DNA of 64,000 bases from Polyangiales bacterium (GCA_038231275.1 JBBRLQ010000016.1:146749-210748); one strand, 5' to 3'. Counted from the stretch's first letter, positions 39,821-50,439 are shown. The notes: a model not told the origin generated them from the sequence alone. A program made the numbers and translations.

Positions 39821-40603
39821 TCAGAACGGCGGCACGCGCACGATGTCCGACTTCTGCGAGCGGACGGTGCGCGGCGGCACGACGCGCGGAGGAGCCATGC
39901 GCGTAGAAACGAAGCGCGGGGGCGGCGAACGGAATCGCGCGGCGGCCATCGTCATCGGGCGCTTCGGCGCCGTCGTCGCGATCGGATCGACCACCTCGAG
40001 CGTCGGCCGCAGCGCCTTCGTGAGCACCGACGCGCTCGCCATGCGCGACCAGATCGTGGTGTGCTCGGAGCACTGCTCGGATTGAACGACGAGCGCGACG
40101 AGTAGAAGAACGATCCCGACAGAGAGCAGCCCGGTCGCGACCATCCAGTGCGCCGGTCCGCGCCCACGCAGGAGCGACCTCACGACGCCCGCCGGCGACG
40201 CGAACGAGCTGGGTCGCTCCTCGCGCGCGTCGTGTCCCTCTTCGAGGAGCAGCGTCTTGCGCGGCGGCGGCAGGGGGGGCAGCGATGGCAGCGGTGGCAG
40301 CGATGGCAGCGGTGGAGGCTCGACGACCGAGCAGAGATCGTCACCGTCCAGGTACACCGGCGTCGGCTCCGCCGGGCGCGGCTCCGACGAAACGAGCACG
40401 ACGCCGCTCGCCGCCGACGCCGGCACCGAATCGGGCGACTCCTCCTCGCGAGCGATCGAGTCGGCGAGCAGCTGCGCGAACTCGGCGGTCCTCACGGTGG
40501 GCTCGCTGTCCTCGTCTTCGGGAACTCCCAGCGTCCGAACCCGCCAGGCCATCGCCGGCGTCGCCAGCGGGCCGCTCGCAGTATCCGTGGACGCGGAAGC
40601 CAT
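39821..40603 (-). CDS. hypothetical Pro-rich membrane protein
   Basis: One TM helix, low-complexity sequence. Confidence 0.55.
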   Translation of the reverse strand: MASASTDTASGPLATPAMAWRVRTLGVPEDEDSEPTVRTAEFAQLLADSIAREEESPDSVPASAASGVVLVSSEPRPAEPTPVYLDGDDLCSVVEPPPLPSLPPLPSLPPLPPPRKTLLLEEGHDAREERPSSFASPAGVVRSLLRGRGPAHWMVATGLLSVGIVLLLVALVVQSEQCSEHTTIWSRMASASVLTKALRPTLEVVDPIATTAPKRPMTMAAARFRSPPPRFVSTRMAPPRVVPPRTVRSQKSDIVRVPPF

Positions 40604-40772
40604 ATCCCACGGTGATGCAATCCTCGTGCGCAGTTGTAACCCCGCGAGAAAACGCATCGGTCCGGAGAAGAACCGACGTCTCGCAGTCCTCTCTATGGAC
40701 TCGGCCTCCACGGCAACACGGGCGTCCGGGTGCGAGAGCGTGCGGCAACTGGTCACGTGCCCATCGCCGCGC

Positions 40773-41231
40773 TCAAGGGTGCTTCGTGCCCGCCTTCAGC
40801 ATCACGAGCGTCTTGGCGATCCGGCGTGCCTGCGTCTCCGGTTTCTTCGCGCCGTCCACCCACGCTGCGTATTCCTTGCGGTGCGTGTACGCGAGCGCGT
40901 CGAAGATGCGCTTGGCCGCGCGGTCCTTCGTGAGCGCACGCGCCAGCGCCGGCGGCACCGTGACCTCGCGCTCGGCCGTGTCGAGCTCGAGCTTCACCTG
41001 GATGCGGTCGCCGATCTCGATGACGGCGGCGGCGCGTATCTCCTCGCGGAAGCCGACGTAGGAGCGACCGCCGTACACCGCGACGGTCGTGCGTAGCTCC
41101 ACGCCGTTGACCGTGGCCTTCACCTTGGGCCGCGCCGAGCCGAACGCTTTGCGGACGTCGAACGGGATCTCGACGACCGGTCGCTCGCCCGCCTCGCCCC
41201 CCAGGATCGCCTTGAAGGTCTTCGTCGTCAT
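40773..41231 (-). CDS. DUF1905 + YdeI/OmpD-associated domain protein
   Basis: PFDV...G..R.KVKATVNG; VP..LA.AL...F..LAYTHRKEY..W..AKKPET..RRI. Confidence 0.9.
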   Translation of the reverse strand: MTTKTFKAILGGEAGERPVVEIPFDVRKAFGSARPKVKATVNGVELRTTVAVYGGRSYVGFREEIRAAAVIEIGDRIQVKLELDTAEREVTVPPALARALTKDRAAKRIFDALAYTHRKEYAAWVDGAKKPETQARRIAKTLVMLKAGTKHP

Positions 41232-41243
41232 CGTCTGGAGCTC

Positions 41244-41274
41244 AAGGCCTGACCGGAAGAGCCGGTCAGGCCTT
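41244..41274. terminator. perfect 13-bp hairpin (terminator or REP-like)
   Basis: AAGGCCTGACCGG-AAGAG-CCGGTCAGGCCTT, downstream of the 41314 gene. Confidence 0.6.
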
Positions 41275-41313
41275 TCCGCCAGGAGCGTTTCGCTCCGCTG
41301 CGCTTCGCTGCAC

Positions 41314-43365
41314 TCAAAGCGCGCACGACGCGCCGACGCTGCAGCAGTACGCGCCGCAATTGAGCGTGCACTTCGCGTCGTCGGCCGTGTAGTAGCCGAA
41401 CGCCACGGACCGCTCGTGCGCCGGGAGCTTGCCGACCCGCGGGCTCGCGTCCGGTCCGACCCACGGCCACGTCGTGCCCGCAGGCCACCAGGCGGGCCGC
41501 GTCGCGCGGTAGAGAGACGACGGGAGTGTCTGCGTCGACGCCGGGAGGTTCGTCGTGAGGGGCGACGCGTTCCACATCGTCTTCTGGTTCACGGTGTCGA
41601 AGTTCCCCGTCAGCCAGAGCGTCGTCCACGCCACCTTCGTCTGATCCAGCAGGAAAATCGATGGACCGCCGCCGCCGATGTACGTCTTCGACGTCGCAGG
41701 GGCCCCAGCGCCCGTCCCCGTCGTGCCGAGATCGGCGGGCAGGAGCAGCGCCGCGTTCGCGGTGCTGCCGAGCACGTTGCCGATGACGGTGAACTTCGTG
41801 TCGGCGGCGTCGATCTGCAATGTCCCGACGTTCGAGTACTGCGGCGTGAACGGCTGACTCCACACGATCGCGCTCGTCGCCTGGCCCGGGATGCTCGGCG
41901 ACCACTGGCTGGACGCGTAGTTCCGGAAGAACGTGAGATAACCCGCGTTGCCGTGCGTCGCCGACGCCGCGAGGTGCGGCGCCCAGTTGCCCTCCATGAG
42001 CTCCATGTGCGGGAACGCGCAGTGGCAGTCGATCGACGCCTCCTGGAAGCCGTCGTCGTTGTTGCCGTTGCACGCCCACGAGTTGTCCGCGTAGTTGTAG
42101 CCAGCGACGTTGCCGCCGCCCGAGTTGTTGAACACGATCGGCTTGTTCATGAAGCGCGCGATGTTGTTCTCGATGAGGTTGTCCGCAGCGCCGCACGCCA
42201 CGACGATGCCGTAGTTGTCCTGCGCGAAGCCGTAGCTCGACGAGTTGTGCACGTGGCTGTCGCGGATCACGCAGCGGTAGGTGCCGACGAGGCGCATCGG
42301 CATTCCCGAGGTCGTCCCGTCGACCTGGACGTCCTTCACCCAGCTGTACGCTGCGTTCGACACCTCGACGCCGCCCGCGTTTTGTCCGGGGTAGCCGCCC
42401 GGCTTTCCGCCTTGCACGCGCAGGTGCTCGACGCCTGCCCACTTCGTCACCGAGCCGCCGGCCTTGGAGATCTGCGCTTGCTGAGCGGTCGCGAACGTCC
42501 AGTGCAGTGGCGTCGTCAAGGTGAGCGTGGTGCCGGTGACCTTCGCGATCTCGACGCGCTCGCTCGTGCCGTGGCCCGCGGTCCGCTTGAACGCGCCGCC
42601 GCAGTCGCCGTCGTCGACGTCGCCGATGTTCGTTTGATCGACCAGCGCGAGATCGCCGGCCGCGAAGCCGGCGGCGCTCGCCACCTCGATCGTGGCGGTC
42701 TCTTTGAGCGCATCCTTGGTGAGGAGCGGCTGCGAGGCGGAGACGAAGGCGCTGTTGTAACAGACGGTGTCTTGCTCGGTGCCGATCGAAACGACCGACC
42801 CGCCCGCGGTCGCGACCAGCGTGGTCGTGCTCGCCCCCTCCGAGCCCGCACCGCGCAGAACGACGCCGCTCGGCACGTTGATCGTGGCCCCGACGCTGTA
42901 CGTCCCCGCCGCCAGCATGACGACTTGGTTCTTTCCCTTGCAGCCGTCGAGCGCGCTCTGGATGGCCGTCGCCGCGTTGCCTGCTTGCACCGGCACGGTC
43001 GCGCAGATCGTCGCGCGGACAGGGAGTCCGTCGACGCCGAGAGGGCTTCCCGTCGGCGTGTCCGCGAGGATCCCGGGGTTCCACGTCGTGGTGAAATCGG
43101 GATTGAGAAGGCCGGGCGGCGGCGCGTTGCACGGACCGCCGTCGCATGTCGCGGGCCCCCCATCGGCCACTGGTCCGCCGTCCGATCCGGGTCCGCCGTC
43201 CGATCCGGGCCCGCCGTCGGTGACGGTCCCGTCGGCCTGCGGTCCTCCGTCGCCGCTGGGGGCCGACGACGCGTCATCCCCACCGCACGCGCCCCCGCCG
43301 AGCGACGCGACGAGCGCGAACGCGACGCCAAGCCCGATCCCTGAACGCGAAAGGTCAGACTTCAT
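41314..43365 (-). CDS. right-handed beta-helix (pectate lyase-like) lipoprotein
   Basis: Lipobox GGAC; DGGP repeats; T.AIQ.ALD...V.L.AGTY...SGVVLRGAG; Asn-rich coils. Confidence 0.8.
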   Translation of the reverse strand: MKSDLSRSGIGLGVAFALVASLGGGACGGDDASSAPSGDGGPQADGTVTDGGPGSDGGPGSDGGPVADGGPATCDGGPCNAPPPGLLNPDFTTTWNPGILADTPTGSPLGVDGLPVRATICATVPVQAGNAATAIQSALDGCKGKNQVVMLAAGTYSVGATINVPSGVVLRGAGSEGASTTTLVATAGGSVVSIGTEQDTVCYNSAFVSASQPLLTKDALKETATIEVASAAGFAAGDLALVDQTNIGDVDDGDCGGAFKRTAGHGTSERVEIAKVTGTTLTLTTPLHWTFATAQQAQISKAGGSVTKWAGVEHLRVQGGKPGGYPGQNAGGVEVSNAAYSWVKDVQVDGTTSGMPMRLVGTYRCVIRDSHVHNSSSYGFAQDNYGIVVACGAADNLIENNIARFMNKPIVFNNSGGGNVAGYNYADNSWACNGNNDDGFQEASIDCHCAFPHMELMEGNWAPHLAASATHGNAGYLTFFRNYASSQWSPSIPGQATSAIVWSQPFTPQYSNVGTLQIDAADTKFTVIGNVLGSTANAALLLPADLGTTGTGAGAPATSKTYIGGGGPSIFLLDQTKVAWTTLWLTGNFDTVNQKTMWNASPLTTNLPASTQTLPSSLYRATRPAWWPAGTTWPWVGPDASPRVGKLPAHERSVAFGYYTADDAKCTLNCGAYCCSVGASCAL

Positions 43366-43449
43366 GACGGTGCTCCCGGGTTTGCGCCCGCCTTTCGACA
43401 GCCGGCGCGAGGTGCAGGCATGCTCGCATGCGGATGAGGTCTGGTCACC

Positions 43450-44592
43450 TCACCGGGTCATCGCCGGGAGGATATATTCGGTGAGGAGGCGATCGCTCTG
43501 CTCGTGCATCCCCTTGGTGTTGAAGTTGGTGCTGGTGATGACGACCACGAGCCCCATGGCCGGGAACACCACGGCCTTGTTCCCGCCGTTGCCGGTCATG
43601 TAGAACGCGGCAGTCTTCGGATCGGTCTTGACGAAGGTCTGAAGCCAGAAGAAGTACCCATACTCTTTCTCGTCGTCGATCTGCGCGTGCGGCGACGTCG
43701 ACGCTTTGACCCACGCCTCGGGGACCACGCGCACGCCGTTCCATGTGCCGCCGTTCAAGTAGAGCTGCGCAAGCTTCAAGAGATCACGGCTACGTAGGCG
43801 CAGCCCGCCGCCGGTCTGCGCGGTCCCCATCGGCGTGGACGGCCACTCGACGCTCTCGATCCCGAGTGGCCCGAAGAGGCTCGCCTTCGCGAAGTCTTGG
43901 ACGGACGTCTTCGTCGCGCGCTCGAGTAGCGCGCCGAGTAGCGAGGCGCCGGCGGTGCAGTAGCTGAACGCGCGGCCGTGAGGTGAGTCCTTTGGCCTTT
44001 TCTGCCACGGCGCGAAGCCCTTGATGGGGAGGCCGAGCGTGAAACGCGTCCAGTCCTCGGTGACGTACATCCGCTCCTCGTTGCCTTGCGAGAACTGGTT
44101 CCAGTCGTCGCACTCCAGGAGCGAGCTCATCGTGAGGAGGTCCTCGACGGTGATGGCGTCCTTGCGCGGATCGGGGTTCGCGAAGGGGCGCTTGTCGCCG
44201 AAGTAGCTCGTGACCTTGGCGCCGACACCCGGGACCTTGCCCTTGTCGATGGCGATGCCGACGAGCACCGACGTGATGCTCTTGGACGCCGAGCGCGTGT
44301 CGCGGAGCGTCGTGGCGTCGCCCTCGTAGTACTTTTCGAAGGCGAGCTCGCCGCCGCGCGAGACGAGGACGCTGCCGACCTTCTTGAAGGTGCCGGCGCG
44401 TATCGCGGTGTCCATCGCGTCGAGGCGCGAGAGCGCGCCTGCGTCAGCCGCGGTGGCGGCGGCGTTGACGGTCGCCGGAAGCGACGGGGCCAACGGAGCG
44501 GCGGATGCGGCCTGGACGGGCGCGGTCGGCGGCGGCGCGGCGGGAGAGCACGCGAGGAGCGCAGCGAACGCGACGAGGAGGGAGCGGTTCAC
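43450..44592 (-). CDS. serine hydrolase / beta-lactamase-family lipoprotein
   Basis: SASKS (SxxK), IT..LLTMSS, FSYCT, LFGPLGI, YGYFFW. Confidence 0.88.
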   Translation of the reverse strand: MNRSLLVAFAALLACSPAAPPPTAPVQAASAAPLAPSLPATVNAAATAADAGALSRLDAMDTAIRAGTFKKVGSVLVSRGGELAFEKYYEGDATTLRDTRSASKSITSVLVGIAIDKGKVPGVGAKVTSYFGDKRPFANPDPRKDAITVEDLLTMSSLLECDDWNQFSQGNEERMYVTEDWTRFTLGLPIKGFAPWQKRPKDSPHGRAFSYCTAGASLLGALLERATKTSVQDFAKASLFGPLGIESVEWPSTPMGTAQTGGGLRLRSRDLLKLAQLYLNGGTWNGVRVVPEAWVKASTSPHAQIDDEKEYGYFFWLQTFVKTDPKTAAFYMTGNGGNKAVVFPAMGLVVVITSTNFNTKGMHEQSDRLLTEYILPAMTR

Positions 44593-44593
44593 G

Positions 44594-44995
44594 CTAGAAC
44601 CACATGTCCGCGACGCAGCGGCCGTCGCGTGGCAAGTCTTCGAACGCGTCGAGGCCGTCGAAGTGGTCGATCGGCAGGCGAGCGACGGACGCAGGCTCCG
44701 CGAGGCGTACGTTGACGGCGATGCGGCGGCGTCCGTTCGCGTCGACCTCGAGGCCGCGCCAGCACGCGACGCAGCCGCAGCTCGCGCAAAAATGGATCTC
44801 GAGCGACGGCTTCGGCTTTCCCTTGCGCGTGTACACGGCCGTCGGGCCCGTGACCTTGATCCGCTCGCCTTCGTAGTCGTAGATCCACAGCACGCCGTAG
44901 CGGCGGCAGAGCGTGCAGTTGCACGCCGTGGCCGAGTCGGGCATGCCGTCGAAGGTCCAGCGGAGCGCGTCGCAGTGGCAGGTGCCGGTGAGCAT
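44594..44995 (-). CDS. GFA/CENP-V family protein
   Basis: GTCHC, CNCTLCRR and HFCASCG zinc motifs. Confidence 0.9.
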   Translation of the reverse strand: MLTGTCHCDALRWTFDGMPDSATACNCTLCRRYGVLWIYDYEGERIKVTGPTAVYTRKGKPKPSLEIHFCASCGCVACWRGLEVDANGRRRIAVNVRLAEPASVARLPIDHFDGLDAFEDLPRDGRCVADMWF

Positions 44996-45140
44996 GCGAC
45001 GAATGGTACTCCCGCTTTCGGCCGCGCGATCACGCCCGTCGACGCGACGCTTCCGACGAAGGCGCGCCGGGGATACGCTTGTACGGTTGGCTGCGGACAA
45101 GGAAATCGGGAGCGCGGAGACCCTCATCGCCGGCGAGGCT

Positions 45141-47447
45141 ATGTCCGTCGGAGCCGATGCCATCGATCGTTCACCGAGCCTCGTCGCCGGCCGGTACGAG
45201 GTGCTCGGCCTCCTCGGCGTGGGCGGCATGGGGCGCGTGTACCGCGCGCGCGATCGCTCGCTCGACGAGATCGTCGCCCTCAAGGTTTTGCGCGCGGAGC
45301 TCGTCGCCGCCAAAGGGATGCTCGAGCGCTTCCGCTCCGAGGTGAAGCTCGCGCGCAGGGTGACGAGCCCCAACGTCGTCCGGACGTTCGATCTCGGAGC
45401 GCACGAGGGCGAGATGTTCCTGACGATGGAGTACGTCGAGGGGCGCGCCCTCGCGGATCTCCTCGAGGAGCGTGGCGCGCTCCCGCCTGCCGAAGCGCGC
45501 CACATCGCGCTGGAGATTTGCGCGGGCGTCGCGGCGGCGCACGCGGCCGGCGTCCTGCACCGAGACTTGAAGCCAGACAACGTGATCGTCGCCGCCAACG
45601 GGCGCGTCGTGATCACCGATTTTGGCATCGCGCGCGTGGCCACCGGGGCCGGCGCGACGCTCGATGGCCTCGTGGGCACGCCCGCGTACATGGCCCCCGA
45701 GCAAGCACGCGCCACGCGGGAGCTCACGCCGGCCACCGACGTATACGCGCTGGGCGGAGTTCTGTACGAGATGCTCACGGGGACGCGCGCGTGGCCGGGA
45801 AGCGATCCGATCGCCGTCGCGATGGCGCGCCTTCTCCACCCGCCGCCCGATCCACGCGCGATCTGCGCGGTGCCGACGGCGCTCGCGGAGATCGTTCTTC
45901 GATGCCTCGCCGTCGAGCCGGCCGACCGGTTCGCCGGGGCCGACGCGTTGGCGGCCGCGCTGGCGGCGGCCGACGTGACGCCGGCGACGTTGAGACCGCC
46001 GGCCGCGCCGCGTCCATACGCGTTCGATCTCCCGGCGACGACCGCGTGCTCGGTCGCTCTCCTCCCCTTCGAGTGCGCCGCGCCGGAGATGCGCGAAGTC
46101 GCCGAGGGGTTGACGGAGGAGATCGTCGACGCGCTCTCGATGACGCGCGGGCTTCGCGTCCGGCCCCTCGCCTCCGTTCGCACCGCGGCAGCGGCGGAGC
46201 CCGATCCGCGCGAGATCGGCGCGCGCCTCGGCGTGGACGTCGTCGTCAACGGATCGCTGCGGCCCACGAACGACGGAGCCCTGCGGGTCACCGCGCGCGC
46301 GATCGGCGTCGCGGACGGGTTTCAACTATGGGCGACGCGTCGCGAGACGAGCACGGCCTTGCTCGTCTCGCTCGGCGACGAGCTCGCGCGCGCCATCGCC
46401 CACGCGTTGACGGCCGATCTCGACCCGGCGCCGCGCGCAGAAACACCCGACGCCCGCGCGACGGAGCTCTATCTGCAGGGGAAGCACAAGCTCCGCAAGA
46501 ATTGGCATGGTGACATAGGCGCGCTGCCGCTCCTCGAGGAGGCGGCGCGCCTTTCACCCGAGAGCGCGAACATCCTCGCCGCCTGCGCCATGGCCCTCGC
46601 GCGTGCGTCGTTCTTCGGCGGGTCGCAAGAGCACCTGGCGAGGGCACGCGATCTCGCAACGCGAGCGACCGAGCGCGGTCCGGGGCTGGGCGAAGCGTGG
46701 CTCGCGCTGGGCGTCGCGTGCTTGTACGATCGCGCGGCGACCGACGCGGCCTTCGCGCTGACCCGCGCGATCGCGCGCGCGCCCGGACTGGCGATGGCGC
46801 ACGCGCTATTGGGCGGCATTCTGCTGGAGGTCGGGCCGCTCGAGGATGCCCTCGCTCACCTGGACGCCGCGCGCGCGCTCGACCCCGACGATCCTCAGGC
46901 GGCATGGGAAGCGGCGCGCGCGCACGCCTTCGCGGGACGCGACGCGGAGTCCGCCGCCGCGCTGAACACCATCTCGACAGACCTGCCCATGTGGCGCGTC
47001 ACGCGCGCGGTGAGCGTGGCCCGCTTTGCCATATGGAAGGGCACGACGATCGATCTGGAGAACCCGCCTGTCGAGGGAGTCCCGCTGCCGATCGCCCACC
47101 TGTCGAAGGCCTACCTGCGGATCGCGCGGACTGGGACGGTCGACGAGGAAGCACGCCGCGAATTGGCGCTCGCGTCCGGGGTCGACAATCCGCGCTTCAA
47201 GTCCGCGCTCTGCCAGTTCAAGGTGGAGCTCTTCGCCTTTGCGGGCGACGCGACGACGGCGATGGCGTCGCTGCGCGAGGCGGTCGACGCGGACTTGCTG
47301 GATCGCCGCTGGCTCGAGGACTGCCCGCTCCTCGCGCCTTTCCGCGGCCAGGCGGAGTTCGAGGAGCTACTTCGCACGGTGGCGTCGCGTGCCGATCGTG
47401 TCCTCGGGGCGATCCGCGCCGCGCGGGCGCCGAAGCTGGGTGCCTGA
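45141..47447 (+). CDS. Ser/Thr protein kinase with TolB-like and TPR domains
   Basis: LG.GGMG.VY, VALK, HRDLKPDN, DFG, GTP.YMAPE; SVALLPF domain; TPR repeats. Confidence 0.92.
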   Translation: MSVGADAIDRSPSLVAGRYEVLGLLGVGGMGRVYRARDRSLDEIVALKVLRAELVAAKGMLERFRSEVKLARRVTSPNVVRTFDLGAHEGEMFLTMEYVEGRALADLLEERGALPPAEARHIALEICAGVAAAHAAGVLHRDLKPDNVIVAANGRVVITDFGIARVATGAGATLDGLVGTPAYMAPEQARATRELTPATDVYALGGVLYEMLTGTRAWPGSDPIAVAMARLLHPPPDPRAICAVPTALAEIVLRCLAVEPADRFAGADALAAALAAADVTPATLRPPAAPRPYAFDLPATTACSVALLPFECAAPEMREVAEGLTEEIVDALSMTRGLRVRPLASVRTAAAAEPDPREIGARLGVDVVVNGSLRPTNDGALRVTARAIGVADGFQLWATRRETSTALLVSLGDELARAIAHALTADLDPAPRAETPDARATELYLQGKHKLRKNWHGDIGALPLLEEAARLSPESANILAACAMALARASFFGGSQEHLARARDLATRATERGPGLGEAWLALGVACLYDRAATDAAFALTRAIARAPGLAMAHALLGGILLEVGPLEDALAHLDAARALDPDDPQAAWEAARAHAFAGRDAESAAALNTISTDLPMWRVTRAVSVARFAIWKGTTIDLENPPVEGVPLPIAHLSKAYLRIARTGTVDEEARRELALASGVDNPRFKSALCQFKVELFAFAGDATTAMASLREAVDADLLDRRWLEDCPLLAPFRGQAEFEELLRTVASRADRVLGAIRAARAPKLGA

Positions 47448-47462
47448 CGACGGACAAGGACG

Positions 47463-47630
47463 TCAGTTGCAGCCGCAGCCGCCGCCGCTGCCTGAGAGGC
47501 CGCCGGTCGCCCCCTCCGAGACGGCGCGAACGTGGCCGTCGAGACCGGGAGCGAGATCCTGCGCGGTCATCGTCGGGTGCGCGAGCTTCTCGCGATCCCA
47601 CGGCGGCACCGACGCGCAACCGGCCGAAGC
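47463..47630 (-). pseudogene. DUF4266-family remnant (no signal peptide or start)
   Basis: GCASVPPWDREKLAHPTM...H...SEGATGG..GSGGGCGCN*; the upstream frame lacks a hydrophobic leader. Confidence 0.7.
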
Positions 47631-47770
47631 TCTCTCCGGACCCCGCCCTTCGCCCTCAACAGAAGTTCCATGACGGCTCGCCGCAGTCGCATGACGTCGC
47701 CACTGTGGAGCGAAAACGCGCCGGCCCTCGTGCTCTCCGCGCATCCACCTGCCGATTGCGTGAGGCTTCG

Positions 47771-49045
47771 TCAGCCCGACACCTTGCGCGCCGTCGAGCC
47801 CTCCGGTTGCTTGTACCAACCCGGATCGTCGTAGCTCGTGATTCCTTCGCGGACCTTCAGGATCGTGAACATCCCGCCCATCTCGACCGGCCCGAACGGG
47901 CCCGTGCCGGTCATCATCGGCAGCGTGTTCTTCGGGCGCGGCATGTCCATCATCCCGCCCATGCCCGCCTCACCCATCGCCATGTAGCCCGGAAGGATCG
48001 AGCGCACCTTGCCCTCGACCGCTCCCTGCTTGACCCCGATCATGTTCGGAAGATCGTGGCTCATCGCGTTCATCGTGTGATGCGACTTGTGGCAATGGAA
48101 GGCCCAGTCGCCGGGGACGTCGGCGACGAGCTCGATGTCGCGCGTGGCGCCGACCGGCACGTCGACCGTGGTCTCGGACCAGCGGGCGCCCGGCGGGACG
48201 CGGCCGCCGTCGGTGCCCGTCGTCTGGAACTGGTAGCCGTGGAGGTGGATGGGGTGGCTGTCCATGCTCAGGTTGCCGAAGCGGACGCGGACGCGATCAC
48301 CCTTCTTCACGACGAGCGGCGCGGTGCCCGGCCACACGCGGCTGTTGAACGTGAAGATGTTGAAGTCCGTCATCACGGCCGGGTTCGGGCGCGACGTGCC
48401 GGGGGCGACGAACCATTCGTGCAGCATGATGGCGAAATCGCGATCGACGCGCGGCGTCTCCGCAACGCGGGGATGAATGATGAAGAAGCCCATCATGCCG
48501 AGCGCCATCTGCACCATCTCGTCAGAGTGCGGGTGGTACATGAGCGTGCCATGCTGGCGGAGCGTGAACTCGTAGACGTACGTCTCGCCGGGCTCGATGT
48601 GCGGCTGGTTCAAGCCGGCGACGCCGTCCATGCCGTTGGGAAGGAGCACGCCGTGCCAGTGCGCGCTCGTGCGCTCGGGGAGCTTGTTCGTGACGAAGAT
48701 GCGGACGCGGTCGCCCTCGACGGCTTCGATCGTCGGACCCGGCGTCTGCCCGTTATAGCCCCAGCAGTCGACCACCATGCCCGGCGCGAACTCGCGCTTG
48801 ACCGGCTCGGCCACGAGACGGAACACCTTGACGCCGTTGTCCATCGTCCATGGGAGCGTCGCCCCGTTCGGCATCACGACCGGCGTGTATTTGCCGTTCG
48901 CGGCAGCGCCGCCGCTGACCAGGGGGGGCGCGGCGCCTGCGGGAGCGCCGGCGGGCGCGGCCGACGCCGTGCCTCGCGTGAGCATCGATCCACCGAGGAG
49001 CGCCGCACCGGTTGCCAGCGCCCTTCGCCTGTCGAGCTTGTTCAT
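47771..49045 (-). CDS. multicopper oxidase (Tat-exported, CuoB-like)
   Basis: DRRRAL Tat-like signal; HWHG, MYHPH, HPIHLHG, HCHKSHH; Met-rich tail. Confidence 0.92.
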   Translation of the reverse strand: MNKLDRRRALATGAALLGGSMLTRGTASAAPAGAPAGAAPPLVSGGAAANGKYTPVVMPNGATLPWTMDNGVKVFRLVAEPVKREFAPGMVVDCWGYNGQTPGPTIEAVEGDRVRIFVTNKLPERTSAHWHGVLLPNGMDGVAGLNQPHIEPGETYVYEFTLRQHGTLMYHPHSDEMVQMALGMMGFFIIHPRVAETPRVDRDFAIMLHEWFVAPGTSRPNPAVMTDFNIFTFNSRVWPGTAPLVVKKGDRVRVRFGNLSMDSHPIHLHGYQFQTTGTDGGRVPPGARWSETTVDVPVGATRDIELVADVPGDWAFHCHKSHHTMNAMSHDLPNMIGVKQGAVEGKVRSILPGYMAMGEAGMGGMMDMPRPKNTLPMMTGTGPFGPVEMGGMFTILKVREGITSYDDPGWYKQPEGSTARKVSG

Positions 49046-50439
49046 GGTTGTCCTGAGGGTTGGTGATGGTGAAGGGTCGCGGGCAGGCTGAGTCGACCGC
49101 CGACCGCGCGCTCCAAGTCCGATCGCGCGATCCAGTAGTCGCGCGCGGACTCGATGAATTCCCGGTACGCCGTGACCTCGTTCTGTTTGGTCAGGAGGAG
49201 CTGATGGACGCCGAGCAGCATGGCGTCAAATTCCTGCTGCGACAGCGCGACGATTCGCTCGCGCAGAGGGATGAGGACGCGCTGGTAGCGCTCGACGATG
49301 GTGCGGCTCGCACTCAGGCGATCGCGTGCAGCGCGGACCTCCGAGCGGATGTCGACGGCGCGCGCGGCGTACCGATGCTCGCTCGCGCGAAGCGCCGCCT
49401 CGACCCGAGCGATCGCCGCTTGCCGCTGATCGAAGATGGGCAGCTCGACGCTCGCCGAGGGGCCGAGCGCGATGTTTCCGTCCTTCAGCTGCGCGCCCTC
49501 GAGGCCAACGTCGAGGGCACCGATCCAGCGACCCGACCGCGCCAGCGAGAGCACGTACCCCAGCGTTTGAACCTCGCGCAGCGACGCCTGCAAGTCGAGG
49601 CGCTGCGCGACGGCCGCCGACTCGAGGTGCTCGAGGGGCACTTCGTCTTTCGGAAGCTCCGGGAGCTTCTCGGTGAGCCGGAAGGCGGCCCGCTTGCCCC
49701 AGACCCCCATAAGGCGCGTCAAACGCTCGCGCGCCGCGGCGACGTCGGCTTCGCTGCGCGACGTGTCGAGCTGGATCTGCTCGAAGAGGCCCTGCTCGGT
49801 GGCCAGCGTGAGATCGCTCACGTTGCCGGCCGAGTTCTGCCGCTCGGCGAGCTCCGCGCTGACCTGCGCTGCGTCACGGACCGCGCGCCGCATCGCGAGC
49901 ACTTGCATCGTGCCTTGGAGCCCGTAGTACGCGGTGCGTACTTCCGCCGCGAGGTCGAGGACCGCATCGGCGACGCGCAGCTTGGCCCCCTCGAGCTGCT
50001 TCTCCGCGATCGCCTTTTTGGCCGGCAGAAACAGCACGCTCAAGAAGTCCTGGGTGACGTTCAAGACGAGGTTCGGGTCGAGCGTGTCGCGCTCCGCGGT
50101 CGTCATCCGCGCGCCGAACACCGGGTTTTTCAGAAGGCCCGCCTGAACGACGTCGGCCTGGCCGATGCTCAGCTCCTCGTAGGTCGCCTGGAGGGATCGG
50201 TTGTAGAGGAGCGCGACCTGAACGGCGGCGTCGACGGTGAGCTCCTTGGCGAGCATCCCGTCGACGGCCCGCTCGACGTCCTTGTCGGCGGCTCCCGCCT
50301 GGTTCCACTGGACGCGCTGCGCCGACCTTTGCTCCACCGCCTTCGCGACGTCGCGAAACGCGGGCTCCGGCGACGTAGACGCGCAGCCCGCGACGAGCGC
50401 GAGCAGCGGCGCGAGCGCCCTCCTCTTGGTCGCGCTCAC
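49042..50439 (-). CDS. TolC-family lipoprotein associated with the copper oxidase
   Basis: Lipobox VAGC; AVQVALL.N..LQA, ELPIFD, IRSEVR; His-containing tail. Confidence 0.88.
   Translation of the reverse strand: MSATKRRALAPLLALVAGCASTSPEPAFRDVAKAVEQRSAQRVQWNQAGAADKDVERAVDGMLAKELTVDAAVQVALLYNRSLQATYEELSIGQADVVQAGLLKNPVFGARMTTAERDTLDPNLVLNVTQDFLSVLFLPAKKAIAEKQLEGAKLRVADAVLDLAAEVRTAYYGLQGTMQVLAMRRAVRDAAQVSAELAERQNSAGNVSDLTLATEQGLFEQIQLDTSRSEADVAAARERLTRLMGVWGKRAAFRLTEKLPELPKDEVPLEHLESAAVAQRLDLQASLREVQTLGYVLSLARSGRWIGALDVGLEGAQLKDGNIALGPSASVELPIFDQRQAAIARVEAALRASEHRYAARAVDIRSEVRAARDRLSASRTIVERYQRVLIPLRERIVALSQQEFDAMLLGVHQLLLTKQNEVTAYREFIESARDYWIARSDLERAVGGRLSLPATLHHHQPSGQP

Noticed and set aside
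40612..40640. sigma54-like GCGCACGAGGATTGCA and a nearby TGTAAC
   Set aside because: The invariant -24 GG is missing, and there is no correctly spaced CGTC or downstream plus-strand gene.
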